A stretch of 57,550 bases of DNA from Octopus bimaculoides. Its lineage: Eukaryota. The notes beneath the pieces are model-generated. The model made no database searches, was not told where the DNA came from, and saw nothing but the letters and a program-made list of their open reading frames with translations. The first letter of the stretch is position 1. Each line of letters starts with the position of its first letter. Below are positions 21,704 through 34,280 of this stretch, piece after piece. The stretch covers positions 59,342,265 through 59,399,814 of the forward strand of contig NC_068986.1 in NCBI RefSeq assembly GCF_001194135.2, read 5' to 3'. Position numbers and translations under genes: made by a program.

Positions 21704-23890
21704 CAAGGGTTGTAAAAAATTAATTGCAATATATTGGTCCAATTAATTGATTGGAGTTGTACTACCAATTAAATAATTGATTGCTATCATGTCAATTAAT
21801 TGCAACATTGTCTGCGAAAGTTTTTCAAATGGCTCATACCTCATTCAACGTTCAATTGGCAAATACAGCATTCTATTATTATTTGAGGTATTGTGTTCAT
21901 GCTTTGTTCTGACTGCTGAGAATAATTCCCACATTGTGTTGTGCTTGGGAATTAACTGTTGTTTATGTTGTCAAGTGTTGATGCTTGATTTGGACTGCTG
22001 CGAATGATTCACATTCTATCATGCTTGGAAATTGGCTATTGTATTATGTTGTCAAATAACCGCTGTCAAATGTTGACGTTTGGTTAGGAATGCCGAGAAT
22101 GATTCACCCCATCTGTCGTGTTTGGGAATTGGCTGTTGTGTATGTTGTCTAATAATCTCTGAGTGATTCTTAGTTCTGACTGCCGAGAATGATTCACACA
22201 TTCTGTCTTCAAGTCATTAAATTGTAACTTTGCCTGCAACACGGTTCTATCTTGAATTTCACTCCAACATATTAACTGAATCAGAATTTCGTCAGTGGAG
22301 TGGCGAAATATTATCATCATCATCATTGTTTAACGTCTGTTCTCCATGCTGGCATGGGTTGGACGGTTTGACTGAGGTCTGGAGAGGCAGCAGCTGCACC
22401 AGGCTCCAATCTGATCTGGCAATGTTTCTACAGCTGGATGCCCTTCTTAATGTCAACCACTCCGAGAGTGTAGCGGGTGCTTTTTACATGCCACCAGCAT
22501 AGCCAGTCAGGTGGGCCTGGCATTGATCACATTCAGATAATGCTTTTTACGTGCCACTGGCACTAGAGCCAGTCAGGGGGTACTGGCATCAGCCATGTCC
22601 AGATGGTGATTTTTATGTGCCACTGGCACAGGAGCTAGTCAGGGGCCACTGGCTGCAGCTATGATATTGGTTTTACTTGACTCAACAGGTTTTCTCAAGC
22701 ATATCATATCGCCCAATGCATCTGAGGTACTCTTAACTAGGCCAGACATGCGTTGTTGCGAACTCACTTTAGTTGCTCAGTCTTCTCAATCACAACATAT
22801 CTCCAAAGGTCTCAGTCATCTGTCATTGTCTCTGTGAGGCCCAATGTTCGAAGGTCACGCTTCACCACCTCATCCCATGTCTTCCTGGGTCTACCTCTTC
22901 CACAGTTAGGGAGTGGTACTTCCTCACACAGCTGTCCTGGCGAAATATCTTCTATTTTAAACTATGGCAAAATATCTTTTATTCTAAACTAACCCATGCC
23001 ACATGAAACCAGCAAACCGTCAGAAAATATTTGAACCAAACAGACTGAACATATATGGGAATGCAAGTGTGGAAAACAGTTGACCCAGTAAAAAGCAACT
23101 GGATGGACAAATCTTACGAATCATATAAAAACCAGCATCCAGAGTATTCTACTATACGAGCAACAGGACAACCATCTTTATCAAGTTTTCTTTCACCGAG
23201 AAGTAGTTTGGTCAGTCGCTCAGCCTTAAATGTTTATGGATGGATTGAATGGGTGTGTGTTGGTTTAAAACCATTTTCCTTTACTGAAGCCCCACTGACT
23301 CATAAATACCCAAACTTGGGAAGTATGACAAATGTGACCATAAAGAAATACATAGAGAAACTTACTCAAGAGATGGAAAAAAAAATATCTGAACTTCCAA
23401 GTAAATTTTCTTTGGTAATCAACAGTTGAACTAAGGGTTTGATACATTTCATTGGACTTTTTGCATCTTATTTGTGCAATTATCAAAATTACTATTGTAT
23501 TGTTTTGCTGACATTTTCGCCAGTGGTAAGTGAAACATCATTTTAATTGTGCTACGCATTTGAGAAACTCTTTCAACTAAAGACCTTTATTTTATTTGTT
23601 TTTCAACTACTGTACAATGTAGAGTATGCATGTTGTTTGTTCCCTATTCTAAATCAATAAAATTGAACTTTGAATGTTTTCTGATAATGAAGTTTTTTGA
23701 AACTACAAGACATGCCTTTTATTTTCCTCTCACCTTGGCTCTTGTCTAAATTGAAGCTAACACTCCAAAATATATGGTGTTTTTGCATTCGGCAAAATAA
23801 TTGACAATTAATTGCAGTAATTGATTGGCCTGCATCCCAATTTAAAATTAATTGATTGGAAAGGTTCCAATCAATTATTTACAACCCCTG
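21704..23890 (+). mobile_element. hAT-type DNA transposon (~2.2 kb, internally deleted) in PSMG2 intron 1
   Basis: TIRs CAAGGGTTGTAAAAAATT / AATTATTTACAACCCCTG; degenerate 8-bp TSD GTGTTCAT / GTATTTAT; subterminal AATTAATTG motifs and ~90-bp tandem units (21915-22200); transposase fragment 23055-23500 (..HPEY..NVYGWIEWV..PFSF.E..T.KY..KKYIEKLT..EKKI..LP.KFSL). Confidence 0.75.
22316..22940 (-). mobile_element. 5'-truncated RTE LINE copy nested in the hAT
   Basis: (GAT)n tail, VNTR 3' UTR and ORF end GRGRPRKTWDEVVKRDLRTLGLTE..DLWRY. Confidence 0.85.
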
Positions 23891-24921
23891 GTATTTATTT
23901 TGATTTATGTCTTGAATTTATGTATGAATATATATCACTGGGCAATCCTAAATAAATGTATGAAATTATACATTAATCGTCTTAATGATACATCAATGGA
24001 TGTTAGAAAATCACCCTTTCCTGTTCCTCTAAATTTATCTATCTCTGCCCACACATTCGTAAGAAGAGTAGCAGCTCAATGACCAGGCACATTTTCATGA
24101 AAATACTTTTTAGTCTTCTTGTTCTTTACCATCTAAGAAGCAGTGTTCATCCATCAATCCATCTAGGTCTGACATGTTTGTAATGAAAAGAAATTAAGCT
24201 CAGTAAAAACAGAAAAATAAACAGTGTAAGAGAACCTGCATGTATTTTTATTTTGGATGCTAAACACGAAGATCTTTGTTTTCCTGTCAAATTTGTGGTG
24301 GTGGAATAGAAATTACAGATAGTATAACTCGTGTTAGAAAAATGATTGAACTACAAGGCAGAAGTAAACAAATCATTAAAATTTGGTAATACTGCATTCC
24401 TGACCTTCAGACAAACTGATTAGGCAACATGATTTCACTTCCTGCTGATATTAAGACAGACATGTCATCATTAGTATTTTATGTCTGCAGTCTATGCTGA
24501 CATGGATTGGACAGTTTGGGGAGACCATATCTAGTTCATTTGGGCCTGGTTTCTATGGTTGGATGCCCTTCCTAACACTAACCACTTTTCATGCCACCAA
24601 CACTGGAGATGTGTTTGTGGTCTTCCATTAAATTTGTAATTTAGTATTATTAATATTATGACTCACTGCAACCGCTTTGCACTACAGATAGAAGTGGCAG
24701 AGTCTCAGCCTTAGACTAGTGATTCTCTCTCTCTCTCTTTTATTTAAAAAATTCTTTTTACCTATAGGCCCCTTTGATTACTATTCTATTCAGGTGGACC
24801 CCCATAGCCATTCAGTGTTTAAAAACTAGTTTTATAGATGCTTCTTTCAAAATTCCTACTATGTAGGCTGAACTATGTAAAATGTCAGAGAAAGAAACCT
24901 AGCTGCTTCTTGCAATAAATA

Positions 24922-25867
24922 TTGGGTTGGCAACTAGGTTCCCACCGATTTTTTTTAAAATTTAAATTTTTTTGAAAGGTTTAATAGAAAATAAAAACTA
25001 ATTAATCAATAATGTATTCACCCTCGTTGTTTACAACTTCTTCCCAACGTTCAACAGGATTTTCAATACTTCGTTGGTAGAATTCACCTGATTTCGATTT
25101 GAAAAACTGATCCAATCAAACTCTCCACACATAGCATTTGAAAGAGATCGAAAGAGGTGGAAATCTGTTGGTGCCAAATCAGGAGAGTATGGTGGGTGTC
25201 GCAGCACTTCCCAGCCATGCGTTTGAATGACTTCCTTGGTCATATTGGCGATATGAGGATGGGTGTTGTCATGCAGCAGAAGAATTCCATGCTGCCCGTT
25301 AGGTCTTTTCTGTTGAACATAGAGTTCCGCATTGATTCCATTCAAGCAATTCATAACGGATAAGCCCTTCCAGTCCCACCATACATACAACATTGTTTTA
25401 CACAGATGAAGATCTTGTTTCACATACGATGTCACTTGTTTACCAGGGCTAAGCCATTTGTTGTCACTTAAAGCATGCAGAACCCACACTCCATATTTCT
25501 AAACCTTTCCCATCGAGTGAAGACGCTTCTCTATAGCAGTGTGGGAGCATTCCATTTTCTCTGCCAGTTCCCTTGTCATTTGACAAGTGCAAATGTTGGT
25601 TTAATTGCTCTTCATCGAACTCAACTAGACGACCAGAACAAGGTGCGTCTTTGAGGTCAAAATTAGAACCTTGATTAAAAGCAAAAAGGAGGTGTCGAAA
25701 ATGCTCGTTTTTCTTAACTTGACATTCCATTTTTATGATCTGAAAATAAACAAAAATTAACTAGAAAAAAAAACAAAATAAATTCCAAAATGATTAAAAA
25801 ATAGAATTCTCGAAAAAAATAGATTCCAAAATTTAAAAAAACAGCAGGAACTTAGTTGCCAACCCAA
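24922..25867 (-). mobile_element. Mariner element, complete ends, decayed transposase
   Basis: TA-flanked TIRs TTGGGTTGGCAACTAGGTTCC / GGAACTTAGTTGCCAACCCAA; MECQVKKNEHFRHLLF..; LLHDNTHPH; HPPYSPDLAPTDFHLFRSL. Confidence 0.92.
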
Positions 25868-26793
25868 TACATCCAGAGCAACATTTTTTCATGGACCCTT
25901 AATATACTACTTTGGATCCCCTATTTACTATTTTGTTTGCATGGACCCTGGTTCAGAACCACTGGTTTAAGCTAAAAGATCTATGGTAGAATTAAAGTGC
26001 CAAAGGAGTCAACTTTGCCTTTCAGTCATCCAAGGTCAATAAATACCAGTTAAGTCAATTAGGTTGTCAATACTCACCCACCGGCATATACAAAAAAAAA
26101 AAGTGTCTATGCTATAAATTATTATTTGTTAAGAACTGATAAAGGCTTGCATTATTATGTCTTTTTTCATTCTAAGTTTAAATATCACTGGGATCAGTTA
26201 TTTTACCTCTCCCTTTTTCTGGGGTTAAAATAAAGTCAAGTACTGGCATTGGACAGAACCACTTGCTTCTCCTCGTTCCCATCACCAAATTTGTGGTCTT
26301 GTACCAGTGTTTTATCATTGTCCTCAATCAACTACAATTTGCACTTGTGTTGGGTATAATGACAGTCACTCTACATAGCTTGTGTGACATTGATTCAACA
26401 TGGAGTCTTTCTGAGATAATTATACCTGCACATCAAATACAATTGGTTTTAAAAGAGTCTTCATCTAACTTGTATATCTCTGCAAGCAACAGGCAATACA
26501 ATGCCAGAAATTAAAAAAGTATTATTTATTATGATTATTATTCTTATCTTGTTTATGTTTATTATTCCTATTTATAAATTAAAATACTGTTTAAACCTGA
26601 TCAAATATATTGTCACAAATTTTTTTTAACATAATTACATGTAGTATTTCAGTAGAGACAAAAGTAACATTGAACTTATGAATATTTGGACTTAAAAATT
26701 CTAGGATCCTATCTTGTTCATAAGTAGGGGAGTACCTGTAATTAAATGTTGTAAACCAAGCTAAATTTTGGTAATTTTTTTTGGTTATTTCAG

Positions 26794-26965
26794 GCTGCAG
26801 TATCAGTGGGCAATGTTGGTCAGCTAACAACAGACTTAGTTGTTTCAACTTTAGAAATGACTAAAACTGGATATATTTATGATGAAAGCCTTTTACCCGT
26901 AGTTGGTAACCATCCTTACACTGCAGTTAACAGTTCTTCCTGTTCATTAATGACAGGGTGTGAAG
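26794..26965 (+). CDS. PSMG2: PSMG2 exon 2 (172 nt)
   Basis: TTTCAG acceptor and G|GTAAT donor; AAVSVGNVGQLTTDLVVSTLEMTKTGYIYDESLLPVVGNHPY matches the PAC2 signature. Confidence 0.96.
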
Positions 26966-27855
26966 GTAATGTTTTCATTCTCATATCTTGTTGGAATCAT
27001 ATTTGTTTCTTAAGTCCTCCCTGTTTGATAACGTACCAGTGCCATTGAGTCAACTCTATCCCTTTGCTCTTCAAAAATGTTTTAAAAACCCTATTTTTCA
27101 GGAAAGGAAACTATTATTGTTATCCAGTGAATGGCATTGATCTTTATGTAGTATAATACAATTGGTAGTGGTGTAGAAATTTTGTGCTTAACTCAAAGTG
27201 TTTCAGTCACTGGTGTGTAGTGGGGTTGTACAACTGGGATCTTGTTTTAGCATATTTTAAATAAGAATTTTCTAACAATCATTCAGTAGTTCAGTATAAG
27301 ATGTAAAAAATATATGGCCCAATGATAGTTCAAGGAAAACACAGATGGTAGATCAGATCTTAAAAGGGTATCTTTTGGAAAAAATTATACACAACTGTTT
27401 TAGAAGTGGATAAGGTATTGCACTTTCAATATGCTGGCCCTTGAGTTCAAATTTGTTGTAGAAGTTTCACATGTATTTGAGCAGAGAACTTAATCCTGCA
27501 TTTACTTAACTGGGAGTGTTATTTGCAATAGATTGCAATCCTCTCAACTATAATAAATATTTATCTAACTATCATTTAACACCACAGAACTAAAGCTAAG
27601 CACCAGCTCATGTACACCTTCCTGTCCTTATGGCCTTTATGTCTGTTATAAACGAGTATATTGTAGTAAGTTCTTTCAGTAAGAAATGCATACGGCTTGG
27701 ATTGCAATAAGTCAGGAAATCTTCTGGTTGTGACAGAGTTTCAGAAGAAGGGAACCTATTGTAGTAGTAGTAAAAACAAAAAGAGTCAAAGTAAATAGAG
27801 CATGACAATAAATCAGGGATTTTTCTTTATTCAGATTCTTGATTTCTTTTTTCAG

Positions 27856-27914
27856 TGTATGAATGTGAGGAAAAGAAACTTGTAGTTTTACTTCAACGAG
27901 CACCATTTGCTAAA
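27856..27914 (+). CDS. PSMG2: PSMG2 exon 3 (59 nt)
   Basis: TTTTCAG / GTAAGT; VYECEEKKLVVLLQRAPFAK; phases consistent with neighbours. Confidence 0.93.
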
Positions 27915-28179
27915 GTAAGTTATTTCATTATCTTGGTTTTAAATTTTGTCACAAGGCCAATAATTTCAGGAGAGCGGGTAAGTCAACTAAATTGACCCTG
28001 GTCTTCAACTGGTATTTATTTCATCAACTTTGAAAGGATGAAAGACAAAGTTGACCATGGCAGAATTTGAACTCAGAATGTAAAGACAGATGAAATGCTG
28101 TTAAGCATTTTGCCTGGTGTGCTGACAGTTCCACCAGCTCATCATCTGAAGTTATTTTATTATATCGAGCATTGAGCCT

Positions 28180-28685
28180 CATGGAGGCAAAGTGGCTGAG
28201 TTCCTGGGCTGCATGGAAGCAAAGTGGCTGAGTTCCTGGGCTGCATGGAAGCAAAGTGGCTGAGTTCCTGGGCTGCATGGAAGCAAAGTGGCTGAGTTTC
28301 TTTCGTGTGTTGGACCTCACAGACGTGAGGTGGCTGAATTCCTTTTGAATGGGTCCCACAAAGGTGAGGTGGCTGAGTTCCTTTCGAGTGTTGAGCTTCA
28401 CGGAGACAATGAACAAGACCTCTAGCATTATGACCTGCTTGAGAAGAAGACTCATCAAGCCAAGCAAAATCGTGTTCGTGGCAGATAACGGTGTCACGCA
28501 AATGGCACCCATGCCAGTGGCACGTAAAAGCACCCATTACACTCTTGGAGTGGTTGGCATTAGGAAGAGCATCCAGCCGTAGAAAAACATGCCAAATCAG
28601 ACTGGTTCCTTGCGCAGCATGCCAGCCCAGTTAAACTGTCCAACACATGCCAGCATGTACAATGGATGTTAGATGATGATGATGA
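28180..28685 (+). mobile_element. RTE 3' end with an upstream 32-bp minisatellite (x3.7, 28180-28298)
   Basis: Unit ATGGAAGCAAAGTGGCTGAGTTCCTGGGCTGC, then longer units sharing GTGGCTGAGTTCC; ends in (GAT)n. Confidence 0.8.
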
Positions 28686-29022
28686 TTGCCAAATTTTCAA
28701 AATTAATTACTCTTTATTTCCTATTCTATATCATTCATTGTACTAATGGTGTTAGATAAATTGATGTAATATTATGAAACTATGAAAGAAATGATTTTTT
28801 GTGTAATTCTGTGAGGGGTTACTACAGTCAGCATAACATCAAGACCAGGTGTGGCTAGTTTGAATAAATAGCCTTGTCTGGTGGTAGACAGACTGGACTT
28901 CTAGAATAGTAATTTATTGAAACAGTTTTTGCTAAACTTTTGTAATTTACTTACATCTTCCCTATTTTTACAATATATTTAGATATCGACTAAAATGGTT
29001 TCCTTTTATTCTTTGTAACAAG

Positions 29023-29141
29023 GGCAAGCAATCGGGATACCGTAAACGCTTAGTTCAATGGATTAAAGAGCAAATGTTTGGCCAAGTTATCATTTTAACA
29101 AGTAGTTCAGCACATGAACGTCTTGATGTTCAACTACATGG
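29023..29141 (+). CDS. PSMG2: PSMG2 exon 4 (119 nt)
   Basis: AG / GTAAGT; GKQSGYRKRLVQWIKEQMFGQVIILTSSSAHERLDVQLHG (cf. vertebrate VIVLSSSHSYQR.D.QL). Confidence 0.93.
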
Positions 29142-29856
29142 GTAAGTAACACACACGTCATTTCTCTGTTATGGCATTAACCCTTTAGCATTTAAACTGG
29201 CCATATCTGGCCAAAATAGTCTTTTACGTTCACCTCTTTCATGTTCAAACCAGCCAGATCAGGCCACTCACAACTACCCTACACTGCCAATCTGAAAATC
29301 AACAATCACATTATGTTAATCTCAAAGTCCTGAGATAAAGCATGATTAATTCAAAACAATGTGAATAAATAAGCATTACATTTGAATAGGGTTTGTTATT
29401 GCTATTTAGTCCTAGAGTAATTCTGGTCGAGCTGACTTATAGTCAAATGTATTTAGTCAGAACCATTCCAATAATTACTTAATGTATCCTTTCTTTATTT
29501 AAGACATTAGGGTGTGATTTGTAACAGATTTGGTTGCTATTTGTTGCAGGTTGAATGTCAACAGAGGGGCTCCCTTGAATGTTTGATCTGATTATTCACA
29601 ATTAATTTGTATTTTTATCCTAGAACACATATTTATGTATTTTGTTTCTTTTTTGTCCCCGCAACATCGCTTGACAATTGATGCTGGTGTGTTTATTTCC
29701 CTGTAACTTAGCAGTTTGGTAAAAGAGTCCGATGAACAAGTACTAGGCTTACAAAGAATAAGTCCTGGGGTTGATTTGCTTGACTAAAGGCGGTGATCCA
29801 GCGTGGCCAGTCATATGACTGAAACAAATAAAAGAATATATATATATATATATATA

Positions 29857-30351
29857 TAAAGCAGTTGTATACTGTCAACTTAATGTGACAGTCCCCATAA
29901 GGGAATCATACTGGTACTATTTAACCCTAGGAAGCTGGACCGCTTCCTATCAACCTTGACACATTTCCTGTGTCCTTATATTTGTGAGGGGGAGACAAGC
30001 ACCTCCACCAGCCTAGTCTGCATTCAAGGACATGTTTCTGAGTCATTGCTTGTCATCAGCCTGAAGTAGCAAGACCAGCTGGCTGAAGATGTCTGTCAAC
30101 CCCTCGCAAATATATATATATTTCTAGTGAAAACACATTCACTGATTACAAAAATTAGGAATGATCTAATTATAAATCTCACAGAGAGAATTAAGCAGCA
30201 GTGTTATGATAAAGCAGTTGCATACTGTCAACTTAATGTGACAGTCAAATACTGCTGCTATTTAGCCCTACGAAGCTGGACCACTTCCTATCAGCCTTGA
30301 CACATTTCCTGTGTCCTTATATTTGCTTGTCTCCCCCTCGCAAATATAAGG
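29857..30351. repeat. ~353-bp-period partial tandem duplication with internal inverted repeats and a minus-strand hammerhead-like motif
   Basis: 29857-29985 repeats at 30210-30325; IR tatttgtgagggg (~29980) / cccctcgcaaata (~30102); copy 2 ends in an inverted copy of ccttatatttgcgagggggagacaagc. Confidence 0.8.
30023..30065 (-). ncRNA. Hammerhead ribozyme-like motif with decayed stem II
   Basis: TTCAGG-CTGATGA-caagcaatgactca-GAAA-CATG-T-C-CTTGAA. Stem I pairs fully (one G-U), stem III is the palindrome ACATGT, triplet is canonical GUC, stem II pairs poorly. Confidence 0.55.
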
Positions 30352-30869
30352 AAACCTCCCTTTTGTACTGGAACCTCTCTCAGCAACCCCTCTTCTTTAC
30401 CCCTGTAGAATCATCCACATTGCTGCAATACAAAGGCTGTAGCTTCTTACTTTGCACCAAAAGAAAATAAAACTAAATGTGACTATGCGGTACTTAGTAT
30501 TATTCCTTAGTTAATCAATTAGCCAATTAACTATCTTTATTTTATTTGTTTATTTAACTTGTCTTTTCATGGTGGCAATTGCCAGGGCATGCCCTCAAGG
30601 TATGGAGGTCATAATATACGCAGCCAGGTATTGCCAAGGTGTGAGTAGAGAATGGGGATTGCAGTGAGAACCTGGGTATAAAGAGTGGATGGAAGAAAGC
30701 AGTGATATAGTGAGCAGGGCCGAGGGCAGGGATGGGGAGTGGGAGATACTCATAGTATATGAAGATAAAGATGCAGTGTAGAAGAAGAGATGTAGTTTGG
30801 TTTCTTGGGGTAGGATGTGTAAAAATTTATTATTACATGTGGGTGGGACACAAAGTTTCTAGCACTGAG

Positions 30870-31690
30870 TTTTGCTGACATGAGTGGGTCTTCTCTAGAA
30901 CCTCATATCACCAGACATCTCGATCCATTGTCATTTCCTCTGTGAGCTCCAACATGCCTAGATCAGTCCTCACCACTTCATCCCATGTTTTCCTGGGTTT
31001 CCCTCTTCCACTGGTACCATCCACTTTCAGTGACAGGCACATTTTTATAGAGCTGTCTTTACTCATATACATCACATATCCAAACCAACGCATTCTCCTT
31101 TCCTGCATGACATTTGATTCCTTTTATGCCCAACTTTTCTCTCAACACAGTTGTGCTTTGTTGTTCATACACATTGATGTTGCACATCCAATTGAGCATA
31201 CTACCTTCATTTATCTCCAGTCTGCACTTGTCTTCTGCATTCAGAGGTCATGTCTCACTACCATGGAGTATAGCCGTTCATACATAAGCATCATACAATC
31301 TACCCTTTTTCTCCAAGAGAGAGTCTTTTTGTTGCTAACAGAGGTAATAGTTCTCTTAAATTCCTCCATTCCTCTGTCCTGTTCTTATTTTAAACTATCT
31401 GCAACCTCAAGGGAGCCACCTGGGCATTTGAAAGTGTCTAAGTCCTGCATGCTCTTAGTGCTTACTTTTCCTGCACATCTTCCATACATGTAAGTGACCT
31501 TATCTGTTAATCTACCTGTGATTCCACTGCATTTCTTATGTTTCCATAGCTTACACTGAAGTCAGTAAACGGAATTACTTCCACTCCTTTCCTACATATT
31601 GAGCAGGGACATTTACCTGACAGAAAGAGAGCCTGACCTGCTTTCTTGCTAACAAGAACTTAGGTCTTTGCTAGGTTAACTTTAAGGCCC
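30870..31690 (-). mobile_element. RTE LINE RT C-terminal fragment
   Basis: MQERRMRWFGYV..GRGKPRKTWDEVVRTDL; GLKVNLAKT at the 5' edge. Confidence 0.85.
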
Positions 31691-31828
31691 TTTTGATTCC
31701 AGGTTTTGTGATGTAGATACACACACACACACACACACATACACACGGGGACACACACACACAGACAGATAGATAGGTAGATATACATACAAACATACAC
31801 ACAGATATAGTTATGGTATATTTTGTTA

Positions 31829-32192
31829 TATGCCCAATTGCTTCTAAAGTAAGCTAAAAGTAATGGCTGTAAAATGTCCAACCATACCCCTTCTTGTTGA
31901 CTCCAATCTTTTCAATTATATACATACATATATATATATATATTGGGTTAGCAAGAAAGTAATTTCGTTTTTTGTGAATAGAGTTATGATGTTTTTGAGT
32001 GACATTGACAAAAGTCATTCAAAAACATCATAACTCTATTCGCAAAAAACGAAATTACTTTCTTGCTAACCCAATATATATATATATATGTATGTATGTA
32101 TATAATTGAAAAGATTGGAGTCAACAAGAAGGGGTATGGTTGGACATTTTACAGCCATTACTTTAAGCTTACTTTAGAAGCAATTGGGCATA
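31829..32192. repeat. Fold-back inverted duplication (~175/179-bp arms, 10-nt loop) in PSMG2 intron 4
   Basis: Arms 31829-32003 and 32014-32192, about 3 substitutions plus a microsatellite length difference; includes the mariner left TIR and adjacent sequence. Confidence 0.92.
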
Positions 32193-33067
32193 ATTTTGTT
32201 TACAGCTGTTAGTTCAGTGTCAGTTTTAACATGGAGTGCAAAAACAAATATTTTTGCCATATTTTGCTTTTTTATTTCCATAAAATCAAGAAAGCTGCTG
32301 AGGCTCACAAAGAGATATATGAAGTTTATGGTGTTGATTGCTTCACAAAACGTACATGTCAGAAACGGTTTTAAAAATTCTGTTTTGGAGATCTTTCACT
32401 CAAAGATAATCAACATTCTGGTTGACTGACTGAAGTTGATGATGACTGAATCAAAGCCATAGTTGAATCGATTGTCATATCACTGTGTGAGAGATTGCAG
32501 AGAGGTTAAATGTATCACGCACAACAATTGGAAATCACTTAAAATGTCTTGGATTCATTAAGAAGCTTGATATTTGAGTTCCCCATAAATTGAAAGAGAT
32601 TCACTTAACACAATGAACCATTATTTGCAATATGCATCTCAGATGCAATGAAATCAATTTTTTTTTTTTTTTAAATTGGCAAATTGTAAAGGAATTGTGG
32701 CAAATCATAAAGGAATTGTGTTCTGCCATGACAACACTAGACCACACATGTCTTTGCTAACTCATGGAAAATTATTGGAGCTTGGTTGGTAAGTGATGTC
32801 ACATCTACCATATAGCCCTGACCTTGCACCATCAGATTACCATTTATTTTGAAGTTTGCAAAATTTTTTGAATGGTAAAACTTTCAATAATGATGATGAC
32901 CTGAATTCGCACTTGCTTCAGTTTTGGTCTGATAATGACCAGAAAGCTCATGAAGTTGCCAGAAAGATGGCAAAAGGTCATTGAACAAAATGGAAAATAT
33001 ATAATGTATGAAAAAATATGACTTATATTTCACACTAAAAAATTGAAATTACTTTCTTGCCAACCCA

Positions 33068-33068
<1 letters not shown>
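31943..33068 (+). mobile_element. Mariner element with rearranged 5' end
   Basis: TIR TTGGGTTAGCAAGAAAGTAATTTC and right end GAAATTACTTTCTTGCCAACCCAG|TA; decayed transposase MECKNKYFCHILLFYF..KAAEAHKEI; HLPYSPDLAPSDYHLF. Confidence 0.88.
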
Positions 33069-33103
<35 letters not shown>

Positions 33104-33497
33104 TCATCATCATCATTTAACATCCGCTTTCCATGCTGGCATGGGTTGGATGGTTTGACAGGAGCTGGTTTGTTTTGGCATGCTTTTTGCAGCTGGATGC
33201 CCTTCCTAACATCAACAACCATGCTGAGTGGACTGAGTACTTTTTATATGGCACCAGCATAGGCAAGCTCAATTTTGGCATAGTTTTTATAGCCCTTCCA
33301 AATGCCAACCACTTTACAGTGTGGACTTTAGGGATACAGGCGATGCAGTGAACGGAAAACAGGGGTGGGAATGTTGTTAGTGATGAATATCAGTTTGGGA
33401 AAAGTGAAGGAAATGCAAGTGGATCAGGGAGGAGAAAAGAAGGGGTACACACACACACACATATATAAAAAATTTTTACTTTTTCCTTCTCTTCCAG

Positions 33498-33701
33498 TTC
33501 ACAATTTCGGTTTCTCTTGTCACCTGGTCAAGAATCAACAGTTGGAGACTTTCTACAGAACAAGCTAAAGTGGAAACCGTTAGAAAAAAGGCCTTGTTTC
33601 CCAGCACCTTCTGCTATCGAAAGTGAATCCAACAGGGACCAGAATATGGTATCTATTTATATTCCTGGTGGAGGAATTGCTAAAACCCTTTTTACTGATT
33701 G
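33498..33701 (+). CDS. PSMG2: PSMG2 exon 5 (204 nt)
   Basis: TTCCAG / GTAAG; SQFRFLLSPG..LKWKPLEKR..SIYIPGGGIAKTLFTD (vertebrate IRIPGGGITKTLYD). Confidence 0.95.
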
Positions 33702-34280
33702 GTAAGCATATTTTTATACAATAGCTTCTAAAACTAATTTTGCCTGTGTGGAAATTGTATATTTAACATTTATGATTATCTGTTTTGAATAATCCTTAAA
33801 ATTAGGAACCTGTGTGAGTTGTTGTGTCCCATAACAAATATATTGAACTCAAGTGGCCCAGTCCACCTAGCTTTAAATAAGCACCATTTGAATGTACAGT
33901 TCATCACTAAGTATCAGTTTGTTGTTGCTTAACCCTTGACTAACTGAGCAAATCTATGCTCAAAGTCATTGCAGACATGATCATCTCAGCCTTCTCTCAG
34001 GCATTGCATGTCTAAGATTACTTTCCCTATTGCATGTCTAAGGTAAAGTAATGATTGTCCCTCCTTTTCAAGACATTTAAGACAGTAGGATATAAGATAA
34101 GGGAGATTAGTTGCTATTTCTAGCAGGTTAAACATCAGCCAACCATGCCTCCTTTTGAGATGTGGGTGTGATTTGAAGGAAATTTGATTGCTGCATCTGG
34201 CAGTTCAGATGACAGCATACAGGCTCCCTCAATGATTTATCAGTTGAGCAAGAGACTCTTTATTTTATTTTAAAATGATA

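Noticed and set aside
28180-28400. Regular repeats that could look like a CRISPR array
   Set aside because: Eukaryotic context and contiguous minisatellite units without unique spacers.
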